Assembly (NCBI GenBank): GCA_002697535.1
Contig: NZWE01000033.1
Location: 16,983-41,320 of the forward strand
Direction of reading: 5' to 3'
DNA length: 24,338 nucleotides
Source of the DNA: Actinomycetota bacterium
GTDB taxonomy: Bacteria > Margulisbacteria > Marinamargulisbacteria > GCA-2716485 > GCA-002719695
The position numbers were made by a program, and so were the translations under genes. Shown here in pieces: positions 14,279 through 23,416 of the stretch. The notes under the pieces were generated by a model. That model did no database searches and was not told the DNA's origin. It worked only from the letters and a program-made list of their open reading frames with translations. Each line of letters begins with the position of its first letter. Within the stretch, counting starts at the first letter, position 1.

Positions 14279-15796
14279 ATGATTGATTCATCATTTAAGT
14301 CTTTAGGGTCTAGTTTTTTACATGATTTAAGCATGAAATCATGGCAGCGTGGTATTGTTAATTTTTTTTCAGAATCGATTCCATTTTCATTTAGTTCAGG
14401 TAATGAATATGCTGATTTAGTTGTTAAGATGATTCAATTGTTTTCTGATCACTTAAACCAGTCTATTAATATTGTTGAATTTGGTTCGGGTAATGGTGTT
14501 TTTGCTAAGAAATGTATTCAAAAACTAAATGATTCGTCAGTATCCTTTCATTATTTAGTAACGGAAAATATACCTTCTTTAGTTGCTGATTTTGATTCTA
14601 TTCCTATTATTAGTCATTCTAATCATGTGGAATCTAAGTTAGTTGATATTCATAATGTTCAATTAGATCAACCATTTCATGTTGGTATTTTAACGTATTT
14701 ATTGGATACATTTCCTGTTAAAACTTTAGAATTAAGAGAGGGCCAATTATTTGAATGGATGGTGTCTGTTTCAGTTAAAGATGATGCTATTTTACAGTTT
14801 ATGTGTGATGGTGATCTTGTTACTTGGAAAAAAGCTGATATTGATGTTTTTTTATCTAATCCAATTGATGATAATATGTTGCCTGTTTTGTCTCGTATAC
14901 ATGATTGTTTGGATATTGTTTGGGAATCTCAACCTTGTTCAGCCTTAGTGTTAGATTCAACGGGAATTTTGGATGCTTGGTTACAAAAACAATCAAAAAC
15001 AGATCAGGGCTTTTTTAATTTTTCCTCAGCTTGGTGGGAAATGTTGGATTCGTTACAAACACAAATGGCAGATAATTTCATGTTACTTTGTTATGATTTT
15101 TCCTCTATTAATGTGAGCCAATCAAAAGATTATTTAGATAGTTTTGGTCGATTTGGTATTTGTTATTTTTATTCTATTCCATTTTTTTTGCTGCAAGAGT
15201 ATTGTGATCGCCATAACTTACAATTTATATCGTCTCAATTTCCAGATTCTGAAAATCAAATAGGCGTTATAACATACTTAAAAAGTATGACATTTAAACG
15301 TGATGTAACAGCACTTTTAGATACAACAGAACCTGGTCAAGATGTTTATGGTTATACATTAAAGATTCAAGAAGCTAATTCGCTTGATTTATGTTTGGAA
15401 TTTGTGAGGGAGGCTAAACAATCTTTAACACTTGATCAACAATCAGATTATGTTTTTTTATTTTCAATTGCTTCCAAATTGTATGAGTTTGGATGTTATG
15501 ATCAAGTGATACATTATACAGATTTTATTTTGTTTGATTATGGGGGATTTTCTTTAAATGCTATTCTTTTAAAATCTAAAGCATTACGAAAAACAGGGTT
15601 TATTAAAGATGCTTTATCTTTGGTAGATATGGGGCTTAAGCATGCATCTTCTTATGATTTGCTTTATTTAGAAAAGGCTTTTATTGCTCAGGAATTAAAT
15701 CAAATGGATGTTGTTAAAGAGTCTTTAACATTATATTTTGATACGGTTATGGTTAATCCTCAGTGGCAGTTGTTAGATTTATTAAAGTCATTGTAA
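14279..15796 (+). CDS. Putative class-I SAM-dependent methyltransferase (MidA/NDUFAF7-like, Methyltransf_28) fused to C-terminal TPR-like repeats
   Basis: Motif I is NIVEFGSGNGVFAKKCIQKL. It is followed by HYLVTENIPSL and ILTYLLDTFPV, which correspond to the MidA-family patterns -IvE-Sp-L- and -NE--DALPV-. Residues about 360-505 are helical repeats. The start codon is uncertain because there is no SD. Confidence 0.5.
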   Translation: MIDSSFKSLGSSFLHDLSMKSWQRGIVNFFSESIPFSFSSGNEYADLVVKMIQLFSDHLNQSINIVEFGSGNGVFAKKCIQKLNDSSVSFHYLVTENIPSLVADFDSIPIISHSNHVESKLVDIHNVQLDQPFHVGILTYLLDTFPVKTLELREGQLFEWMVSVSVKDDAILQFMCDGDLVTWKKADIDVFLSNPIDDNMLPVLSRIHDCLDIVWESQPCSALVLDSTGILDAWLQKQSKTDQGFFNFSSAWWEMLDSLQTQMADNFMLLCYDFSSINVSQSKDYLDSFGRFGICYFYSIPFFLLQEYCDRHNLQFISSQFPDSENQIGVITYLKSMTFKRDVTALLDTTEPGQDVYGYTLKIQEANSLDLCLEFVREAKQSLTLDQQSDYVFLFSIASKLYEFGCYDQVIHYTDFILFDYGGFSLNAILLKSKALRKTGFIKDALSLVDMGLKHASSYDLLYLEKAFIAQELNQMDVVKESLTLYFDTVMVNPQWQLLDLLKSL

Positions 15797-15866
15797 TTTT
15801 CTTTTAGGTTTTTTTTTGCTATGATAAATCTTACGTTTTAATTTATTTATTTTTGGAGGTTTCATT

Positions 15867-16493
15867 ATGTCTTATCAATTACCTGAGTTAGCTTATTCTT
15901 ACGATGCTTTAGAACCACATATTGATGCTAAAACAATGGAAATTCATTATACCAAACATCATGCAGGTTATGCTGCAAAATTAGCAGCGGCTGTTGAAGG
16001 GACTGATATATCTGGGCAACCCGTAGAAGAGTTATTAAAGAATTTAAATGAAGTTCCAGATACGATTCGTGCTGCTGTTCGTAATAATGGAGGGGGATAT
16101 GCTAATCATAATTTGTTTTGGTCTATTTTATCGCCTAATGGTGGTGGAGAACCAACCGGCGATTTAGCAACTGAAATATCGTCTTCTTTTGGTTCGTTTG
16201 ATGCGTTTAAAACGGAGTTTAGTAATGCAGCAGCTACTCGTTTTGGTAGTGGTTGGGCATGGCTTTGTGTCCATTCTGAGGGATCTTTAAAGATTTGTTC
16301 AACGGCTAATCAAGATAATCCTATTATGCCGGGGTGTTGTGAAGATCAAAGTATTCCAGTATTAGGTTTAGATGTTTGGGAACATGCTTATTATTTAAAT
16401 TATCAGAATCGTCGTCCTGATTATATTGCTGCTTTTTTTAATCTTGTTAATTGGGATCAAGTGGCTAAAAATATTGCTTTAGCGCGTAGCTAG
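15867..16493 (+). CDS. sodA: Fe/Mn superoxide dismutase (Mn-type features)
   Basis: SD GGAGG is at 15855-15859. Motifs include [51 protein letters not shown] and [19 protein letters not shown]. The NN-GG--NH--FW and STANQD contexts resemble SodA rather than SodB. Confidence 0.9.
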   Translation: MSYQLPELAYSYDALEPHIDAKTMEIHYTKHHAGYAAKLAAAVEGTDISGQPVEELLKNLNEVPDTIRAAVRNNGGGYANHNLFWSILSPNGGGEPTGDLATEISSSFGSFDAFKTEFSNAAATRFGSGWAWLCVHSEGSLKICSTANQDNPIMPGCCEDQSIPVLGLDVWEHAYYLNYQNRRPDYIAAFFNLVNWDQVAKNIALARS

Positions 16494-16520
16494 TTTTTTT
16501 TAAACTAGGTTTATTTTTAT
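16490..16520 (+). terminator. Weak candidate intrinsic terminator after sodA
   Basis: CTAGTTT (16490-16496), a ttttt loop, AAACTAG (16502-16508), then T-rich gtttattttt. The stem is short and AT-rich. Confidence 0.3.
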
Positions 16521-16563
16521 TGAGATTATGTACAACTCCTTGCTTATCGTATAGAATTTGTGT

Positions 16564-18411
16564 ATGGCTAGTCAATTTTTAAGTCAGGAACATGAGTTTC
16601 ATATTCCTGTGATGGGGACTGCATTTACGATTGATACACCTTTAAAGGTGGCTCGTTTTGGTATTTCGTCGGTTGTTTCCTTATGTGATGATGAGTTGTG
16701 TGAGGAAATGCGTCAGCATTATTCATCCTTATTTAAAATTGATTACGAAGCTATTACAGAAGATGATGATGATTTTCGTGGTAAGCGTATTACTGCTTAT
16801 TTAAATTTATTAGATCGTGTGGTTAATGACCAAATTGATCGTATTAAACAAGAATCATTTGATGATTCGAAATCTGATCTTGTTATGTATTTTAATTTAT
16901 TACCGGATACGTCACTTGTGAAACATGCTTATGTAGCTATGTTAAATGAAGATGATGAATTGATTAAAGAGAAATTACAAGCAGAATTAAGAGAGATGGT
17001 TAAACCAGGTTCGATTGATGTTAATATTATGACCAAGCTTGATCGAGATACTTATGATAAACAGGCTCAAAAAAGAGATTCTTATTATTCAGATGCTATT
17101 TCTGCTTTAAGAGGATTTGCAAATTCAACATTAAATGCATCGATTATTTTCTCTGCTGGATTTAATCGACGTTTATTTGCTTATTTAGAAAATTGTGCAG
17201 ATTTTTTTCCAGATAAACAAGGTCATATCAAGAAAAGAGTTGTATTAAAGGTTTCTGATTTTAGGTCTTCGTTAACGCAAGGTAAATTTTTAGCTAAAAA
17301 AGGGATTTGGGTATCTGAGTATCGTATTGAATCTGGGTTAAATTGTGGGGGACATGCCTTTGCAACAGATGGATATTTGATGGGTCCTATTTTAGAAGAG
17401 TTTAGAGTACAAAAGAAAGAGTTGGTATCATCCTTATTTCTTATTTATAACGAAACTTTAGCTAAATTAAATAAAGATACGCTTGAATCGATGCCTTTTG
17501 TTGATATTACGGTTCAGGGTGGTATAGGAACAGCTAGTGAGAACCGCTTTTTAATTGATCATTACCAGGTTAAGAGAACAGGGTGGGCAACCCCGTTTTT
17601 ATTGGTTCCAGATGTTACTTTGTTAGATGATGAAACACGTATGGTATTACTTAATGCAGAAGAAAAAGATTTGTATTTAAGTCCAGTTTCTCCTTTAGGG
17701 GTTCCATTTAATACGGTTCGAAATACGTTAAGTGAGCAACAAAAGTATGAACGATTTGAGAATGGTAGGCCTGGAAGTCCATGTCCAAAAGGGTATTTGG
17801 TTTCTAATACAGAGTTTTCTAAAAAGCCTGTTTGTACAGCATCCATTTTTTATCAGCGACGAAAAATTAAAGAGTTGGAATCATTAAATCTAGATCCTGA
17901 TATTTTAAAAGAATCTATTGCTTTGGTTGTTGCAAAATCGTGTTTATGTGAAGATTTAGCAGCGGGTGCTTTATTAAAAAATGATATTACGAACAAACGT
18001 CCTTTAAAGTCTGCTGTATGTCCTGGCCCTAATTTAGCTTATTTTTCTCGTTTGGCCTCTTTAAAAGATATGATTGGACATATCTATGGGCGATTAAATT
18101 TATTAAATGATAAATATAGACCTAATTTATTTATTAGTGAACTTAAAATGTATTTATCTTATTTCAAAACAGAAGTTTCTAAAGTGTCAGAGACGGCTAC
18201 TTCAATTGAATTAAAATATATTCAAGGCTTTAAAGATAATCTTTTAGATGGGATTTCTTATTATGATGAGCTTATTCCTAAGTTAGTTAATGAGACTCAT
18301 AAATATCGTGATAAGATGACATTAGAATTACATGATTTGAAATCGGATTTACAAGACTTAGTGGCACAGCATTCTGCTTTTTTTTTGCCAGTGGCGCAGA
18401 CAGTAGTTTAA
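16564..18411 (+). CDS. Conserved-looking hypothetical protein (615 aa); possibly a divergent FMN-dependent TIM-barrel oxidoreductase of the nitronate monooxygenase/FabK/PfaD type, with large insertions
   Basis: Three by-eye motif matches support this. HIPVMGTAFTIDTPLKVARFGISSVVSL compares with P-i-apMagvs---LaaAvsnAGglG. IESGLNCGGHAF compares with -EG-EAGGH-G. VQGGIGT...TGWATPFLLVPDVT compares with aGGI----------GvqmGT-FL-t-E. I prefer the ATG at 16564 over the TTG at 16558. TAGAAT (16552-16557) lies 6 nt upstream, and TGTACA sits 17 nt upstream of that. Confidence 0.65.
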   Translation: MASQFLSQEHEFHIPVMGTAFTIDTPLKVARFGISSVVSLCDDELCEEMRQHYSSLFKIDYEAITEDDDDFRGKRITAYLNLLDRVVNDQIDRIKQESFDDSKSDLVMYFNLLPDTSLVKHAYVAMLNEDDELIKEKLQAELREMVKPGSIDVNIMTKLDRDTYDKQAQKRDSYYSDAISALRGFANSTLNASIIFSAGFNRRLFAYLENCADFFPDKQGHIKKRVVLKVSDFRSSLTQGKFLAKKGIWVSEYRIESGLNCGGHAFATDGYLMGPILEEFRVQKKELVSSLFLIYNETLAKLNKDTLESMPFVDITVQGGIGTASENRFLIDHYQVKRTGWATPFLLVPDVTLLDDETRMVLLNAEEKDLYLSPVSPLGVPFNTVRNTLSEQQKYERFENGRPGSPCPKGYLVSNTEFSKKPVCTASIFYQRRKIKELESLNLDPDILKESIALVVAKSCLCEDLAAGALLKNDITNKRPLKSAVCPGPNLAYFSRLASLKDMIGHIYGRLNLLNDKYRPNLFISELKMYLSYFKTEVSKVSETATSIELKYIQGFKDNLLDGISYYDELIPKLVNETHKYRDKMTLELHDLKSDLQDLVAQHSAFFLPVAQTVV

Positions 18412-18421
18412 CTTAGTTGAT

Positions 18422-19948
18422 TTATCGTTTAAGGTTGGATTTTTTTTGAATCATTTTTAGCCGGGTTGTGTAGATAGAATCACCACTTAATATAGCTGAT
18501 CGTGCTAAAAGACGTCCATTTTCCCAATTTGATAACCCTAGTTCAGGTGCTAATAAGGCATATTGGCCATCAACCCAACGTGTCATGCCATTTCCTACAA
18601 AAGGCGCATTGATATGATTAAAAAAATGGGTTAGTTCTGTTTCATTTTGAGTAATTAAACTGGCAACAAATTGTGGTGAATAGGTGTTGTATAAGTTGAT
18701 TGCTTCATCGATCGATTCGACTACAATTAATGTTATTTCAGGTGTCTTTTCCCATTCCCATTCGGTACCTATTTTTGTTATATCGATAGTTTCAAATTGA
18801 TTTTCTTGTTGGGTTCCGGTTGCTCGTGTTACCTTAATTTTTAGCTTAAGTTTATCATTTGATATGTATGCTAATGAATTAGATTCTATATGTACTTTGT
18901 AGGATTCATTAAGATTTTTTCCAGCTTGCTCTAAAGCATTAAATGTTGTTGAGAGTAATGTCTCTTGATGTGATTTTAAGATACAGATTGTGTTAAGGGT
19001 ATTACATACTTTTCGATCTAAGGATCCTATGATGGCATCTTGTAATCGTTGAGGATTAGTTGATTCAGAGGTCATCATCCATGCACCACCTGTCCCATGT
19101 AAGCTTACCGGTACGCCATGTTGATAGGCTATACTGCCTAATACGCGTGTTGCATGCCCACTGCCTCTAGCAACTGCTAGGTTTAAGTTTTTGTTGGAAA
19201 ATAAGGCCCATGCGGTTGCTCTAGAAGTGTGGTCAAGGAGTCGAATACAATTTCGAGATAGATTTGCTTGATCTAAGGCTGGATATAAGGCTAGTTCCAT
19301 AATAGCTTTGGCGGTTTGTAGGGCATCTTGGCCAACTCGAAATACGACGGTATTACCACTTTTTAGCACACCTGTTGCATCGGCAATAACATTAGGACGT
19401 CCTTCAAATACAAACCCAACAACCCCTAGTGGATTTTTTAATAATTCTACGGACCATGTTTCATGGGGTATTGTTTGTATCTTGGATAAGCGTTTGAGGG
19501 GTTGGTTCTTAAATTGTTGAAGTCCTTCTATCATGTTGTTACGGCATGTGTCATTTGCTTCTAAGCGTGTTGTAGATTTCTTTTTTTCTTTTGCTACTTT
19601 TATATCATCATGATTAATCGTTTGTATTTTTTCCCAGATAGTATCATTGGCTAAATTAGTACTAAATTGGTCAAAAAATGTATTAATTTGTTCGTCTGTT
19701 GCGGATGCTAATTCATAAAATCCTTCTTTAGCTAGCTTAATTTCTTTTGCTACTAAGTCGGTTGCAAATTTAGGGATATGAATAGGTTCGTTTGAGTCAG
19801 GGATAAAAATTAGTTTATCATCTTCTTTAAAATCATTACTTAATTCTTGTGTAACGGTATATATTTGATTACCGTTATGAATAAGTTGCATGCCTTCTGT
19901 TAATGTTGTTAATTTTTTCATTGTAGATTTGTTGGTATATTTTAGCAT
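18422..19948 (-). CDS. proA: Divergent gamma-glutamyl-phosphate reductase-like aldehyde dehydrogenase (ProA family) with an N-terminal extension
   Basis: ProA-family blocks are present: PLGVVGFVFEGRPNVIADA, GNTVVFRVG, DRKVCNTLNTICIL (catalytic Cys context), SPQFVASLIT, and MTRWVDGQYALLAPELG compared with STRFTDGGQFGLGAEV. The ORF is open to 20086, but the first 46 codons look non-coding. I chose M47 (19948), which is downstream of TTGCTA-15 nt-TACAAT (20005..19979). M56 (19921) is also possible. Confidence 0.6.
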   Translation of the reverse strand: MLKYTNKSTMKKLTTLTEGMQLIHNGNQIYTVTQELSNDFKEDDKLIFIPDSNEPIHIPKFATDLVAKEIKLAKEGFYELASATDEQINTFFDQFSTNLANDTIWEKIQTINHDDIKVAKEKKKSTTRLEANDTCRNNMIEGLQQFKNQPLKRLSKIQTIPHETWSVELLKNPLGVVGFVFEGRPNVIADATGVLKSGNTVVFRVGQDALQTAKAIMELALYPALDQANLSRNCIRLLDHTSRATAWALFSNKNLNLAVARGSGHATRVLGSIAYQHGVPVSLHGTGGAWMMTSESTNPQRLQDAIIGSLDRKVCNTLNTICILKSHQETLLSTTFNALEQAGKNLNESYKVHIESNSLAYISNDKLKLKIKVTRATGTQQENQFETIDITKIGTEWEWEKTPEITLIVVESIDEAINLYNTYSPQFVASLITQNETELTHFFNHINAPFVGNGMTRWVDGQYALLAPELGLSNWENGRLLARSAILSGDSIYTTRLKMIQKKSNLKR

Positions 19949-20314
19949 AGCTGTTTGTTTTTCGATATAATAGTAATGATTGTAACGAAAAAATGGAATT
20001 AGCAAAAATGTTTGCAAAACAGGGTATAAAGATATTTCAAAACGCTTTAGAACGTTTAAAACTTGGTGGTTATTTATATATAACATCTTATCTTAAGTTT
20101 GAACACGATGATATGAAATTAGCTATTAATCTTAAATAAGATATTGATGCGAAGTCTCCATATAATTGTTGTTTTTCTGGAGTTGCAGGAATAGCGCAAT
20201 ATGCATCATTATTTCATAAACCCCTTTAAGTAGAGTTAGGAAATGAGCAATAGGATAAGGTATTATCGATTCATTTAGAATGTATACTCAGGTAGATGGG
20301 TTTTATTTATTATA

Positions 20315-21040
20315 TTAATTAGTTAGAAAAAATGACATTATTAAATCTGTAAGACTAATTAAAATAATTATTATTGTGGGCCATTTTTTAAATGAAATTA
20401 TTTTTATATTTTGATTTTTTAACCATTTGCTTGCGGCTGTAATCATGATTAATGTGCCGGACATTTCTAAACCATCTTCAAAAAACCAGCCAATGTTTTC
20501 TAATATGGAATTAGTATCTTTATATGAGTATGTTACGACTTCCATAATAGCTGATCCTGAAATGTAGACGAAGCCTGAAATAATTAAATATTTCATTAAA
20601 TAAGATGGGATTGTTGCTAAGAATCGAATAGAACTAAGTAGAAGAATTAATGCGAGTGATCCGTAAACCCACACCCAGATAGGAATATTAAATAGACCTA
20701 ATCCATAGATATTTAATGATGCATCATGAATAGCAAACCATTCGTCGCATGCTAAAAAAATAGCAATGTAACTGATAAGATGCCAATGTTTTTGGTGAAT
20801 TGTTACGTTTGATGCGATGGTTCTAAAATAACAACCTAGTAATATAAATAAGCCTGCAGAAAAAAGAGCAGTTATATTTTTTTCATAACCAAAGTAAAAA
20901 ATAGTTTTTAGTAGTGATTTGTTTTGTTCAGTATTATCTAGTCCAAAAGTTGTGATTACAGCTAAAATGTGACCGATACAAATGATTGTAAATAAGCTAA
21001 AACACCATTTTAATAGTGTAGATGATTTGATATTGATCAT
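20315..21040 (-). CDS. Polytopic integral membrane protein of unknown function (about 7 TM helices)
   Basis: 241 aa, highly hydrophobic with regularly spaced TM segments. Acidic motifs sit at TM ends (ACDEWFAIHD, FFEDGLEMSG). I recognise no family. Confidence 0.65.
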   Translation of the reverse strand: MINIKSSTLLKWCFSLFTIICIGHILAVITTFGLDNTEQNKSLLKTIFYFGYEKNITALFSAGLFILLGCYFRTIASNVTIHQKHWHLISYIAIFLACDEWFAIHDASLNIYGLGLFNIPIWVWVYGSLALILLLSSIRFLATIPSYLMKYLIISGFVYISGSAIMEVVTYSYKDTNSILENIGWFFEDGLEMSGTLIMITAASKWLKNQNIKIISFKKWPTIIIILISLTDLIMSFFLTN

Positions 21041-21412
21041 GAAATTTTAATTATATTCTTTTTTATTTAAAATTAACAGTTTGTATGGTTTTTTCTTGTT
21101 ATCCTACTTTTTTTATCCTCTTTTCTATACGTAGGATTGTGTTTACGCTTTATTTATTTTTTATTATACTTTATTTTTATTTTATAGATTATTTAAATTT
21201 ATTTTTTAGTTAAGTGTTATGTTAAATAAAATATACTATGTGATTATAAAAATTAAGATTTAGAATTATTTTACTATTTCTTAAAGTGGTGGTATTAGAA
21301 AAATTTGAATCGTTTTTATTTTAGATATTTTTTATGTTGGGAAATATTTAACGTTGTATTTTAAAATCTTTAAAAATATCTTAATGTAAGATCTATATTA
21401 CGGGAGTTTTTT

Positions 21413-23416
21413 ATGTGGAAAGAAAAAGTAAGTTTTAGTGGTATAAGACGTTGTATTCAAACGAAAACCCTATTAAAGCCTGATAATAAGGGTCATTTTA
21501 ATACAGGTATGGAGTCTAATCGTACTATAGCAGCAACAAATATTCAAAAAGTTGTTAGAGGAAACGTAGATAGAGATAATATTAGTATGATTAGAAAGAC
21601 TAACGTTGTTAGAGACTATTTAGCTAAAGAATTTAATACTAATATGTTTAACTTATCTAAGAATTTATTTGCTCTTGCTAATATCTATCAACAATTAGGA
21701 GATAGAAATAAATTTTTAGACTGTTTATTTGATATTCAACAGTATCTGCGTTTTTCTATCGACTCATTTTCTAACTCTGATGTACCTACTGCTTCCACCT
21801 CTATGTCTGCCGTACCAATTGTTTCATCTTCTATATCTTTGGATTTATTAAAATTAGTAGACACTTATTTAGATATGGATAACAGATCATATGCTGTATA
21901 TTTATTAAACAATTTAGCAAGCTTTCGTAGAAACGATAGAGGTATTAATTTTCTTTTGGAATTTAAAAACAAGTTAGAAGATGTATCTGAAGAGGACATT
22001 TATTTTGATGCAAAAATACATACTATAAAATCCCAATTATATTTTGACAAAAATAATAAAGAAACAAGTCTTGTATCAGAAGAATATAAAAAATATTTGG
22101 AGAGACATCCAGCGGTTAATCTTAAGTTTGCTGAAGTATATTGTAAATTAGAGAAGCCGTTAATTGCTAAATGTATATTATTTTTATTAAAAGATCATCC
22201 AGATGATACTGTACGGGCAGATGTTGTAAATTTTTGTGTTCAATTTTATTCTGCTGATCCTTCTTTTTTTAAAGAAATTTTAGAAGAAAAAAAAGAGTTT
22301 TTATTAGACTCTACACCCAGGTATGAAATGGTTATTTCTCCTATTAATAACATTATTACTGTTTTGTCTGATTGTTTGGAATCTGGGGATGCTGTAGCTG
22401 TTCGTACTTTGTTATGTTTTGTTGAGCCGCTTTCAAGGATGTTAGTGGATTTAAACAGCTCTTATGACTTAGATATGTGTTTTACGGGGTCTATGAAAAT
22501 GCGATTAGAGAAGGGTCTAAAGAATGTAATAGGTGTATATCCTTCAGATAAGCAACTGACTCAATCATGTAAGATAGCTATAAAAGATCAATTGAGGTCG
22601 CAACTTTTAATACTTAGATATTTAGCAAAAATTCCTGGTGATTATTCTGCGTTATCTTTTTTATCTATACCTGATGATTTAGCTGATCGGATAAATAAAA
22701 AAGAGAATATTATGCTAAATTGGAACTCTGATTCTAACATAATAAATTCATTGCGTGATACTATTAATACTATTGAATTAGACCCATATTCTTGTCTTAG
22801 GCATAGTTTAGTTGTTGCTACTGGAGTAATAGATGACTTTATATTTGATGAATATTTATTTTCTGATTCTGATACATTAATAGCTTTTATAAAATCATGT
22901 GCTCAAAAGAGATTTTTTAGTGACAGACAAAGGGCTATTTTGCATGAAATATATAAAATTAGTATAGGAGAAAATAAATCTAAAATAGATTTTCAATTAA
23001 TTGAAACTGTAAAAGATTGTAACGTAAATATGGAATTAGCAAAAATTTTTTCTAAAATACGAGGTAAAGATTATGGTTTGAGATTATTTGAAAATATAAG
23101 ATCAGATATCGAAAAAAAATCTAAGAGTTATGGTGTGTTAGATAATCTTTATTTATTATACCAATTAGCAGATACTTATTTGGATTGTGGTGAACCTAAA
23201 GAGGCACGTAAAATAATTGATAAAGCTGAAAGCATTGAATCTCGGCTAGATCATCCTGATTTTAAGGGTTTTTATGAGAAGAAAGCTTTGGTTTATTTAA
23301 AGATAGGACAGATTCAGAAGGCCACCGATTGTTTAAATTATTTAAAAAATTCTGCTAATGGGAATATTAATAGTAAGGTTTTGGAGATTTTAAACGCTTT
23401 TTTAGAAGGGGCTTAG
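21413..23416 (+). CDS. Large soluble helical-repeat/TPR protein with an N-terminal IQ (calmodulin-binding-type) motif; candidate host-targeting effector
   Basis: SD GGGAG (21402-21406) lies 6 nt upstream of the ATG. There is no signal peptide. Residues 44-57, IQKVVRGNVDRDNI, fit IQxxxRGxxxRxx[hydrophobic]. TPR-like repeats occur near both ends (for example LYQLADTYLDCGEPKEARKIIDKAESI and KALVYLKIGQIQKATDCLNYLKN). Codon usage differs from neighbouring + strand genes. Confidence 0.75.
   Translation: MWKEKVSFSGIRRCIQTKTLLKPDNKGHFNTGMESNRTIAATNIQKVVRGNVDRDNISMIRKTNVVRDYLAKEFNTNMFNLSKNLFALANIYQQLGDRNKFLDCLFDIQQYLRFSIDSFSNSDVPTASTSMSAVPIVSSSISLDLLKLVDTYLDMDNRSYAVYLLNNLASFRRNDRGINFLLEFKNKLEDVSEEDIYFDAKIHTIKSQLYFDKNNKETSLVSEEYKKYLERHPAVNLKFAEVYCKLEKPLIAKCILFLLKDHPDDTVRADVVNFCVQFYSADPSFFKEILEEKKEFLLDSTPRYEMVISPINNIITVLSDCLESGDAVAVRTLLCFVEPLSRMLVDLNSSYDLDMCFTGSMKMRLEKGLKNVIGVYPSDKQLTQSCKIAIKDQLRSQLLILRYLAKIPGDYSALSFLSIPDDLADRINKKENIMLNWNSDSNIINSLRDTINTIELDPYSCLRHSLVVATGVIDDFIFDEYLFSDSDTLIAFIKSCAQKRFFSDRQRAILHEIYKISIGENKSKIDFQLIETVKDCNVNMELAKIFSKIRGKDYGLRLFENIRSDIEKKSKSYGVLDNLYLLYQLADTYLDCGEPKEARKIIDKAESIESRLDHPDFKGFYEKKALVYLKIGQIQKATDCLNYLKNSANGNINSKVLEILNAFLEGA

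Noticed and set aside
12962-14334. Track ORFs 12962-13153 (+), 13832-14026 (+) and 14152-14334 (-) around nadA and the ferredoxin
   Set aside because: They overlap nadA, the ferredoxin or the start of the 14279 gene in other frames. They have no motifs and no RBS.
14751-19520. Track ORFs 14751-14948 (+), 17562-17846 (-) and 19308-19520 (+)
   Set aside because: They are nested out-of-frame or antisense within the longer genes at 14279-15796, 16564-18411 and 18422-19948.
20085-20142. Imperfect inverted repeat ATCTTATCTTAAG ... CTTAAATAAGAT upstream of the ProA-like gene
   Set aside because: It contains a mismatch, is AT-rich and has a ~33-nt loop. It could be a minor operator, but I cannot distinguish it from chance.
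21041-21412. AT-rich region with two TTATCC cores as a replication origin (DnaA boxes)
   Set aside because: The cores lack the CACA half of the DnaA box (TTATCCTAC and TTATCCTCT). There is no dnaA/dnaN nearby. The strand-specific codon bias does not flip across this region, as it would at an origin.
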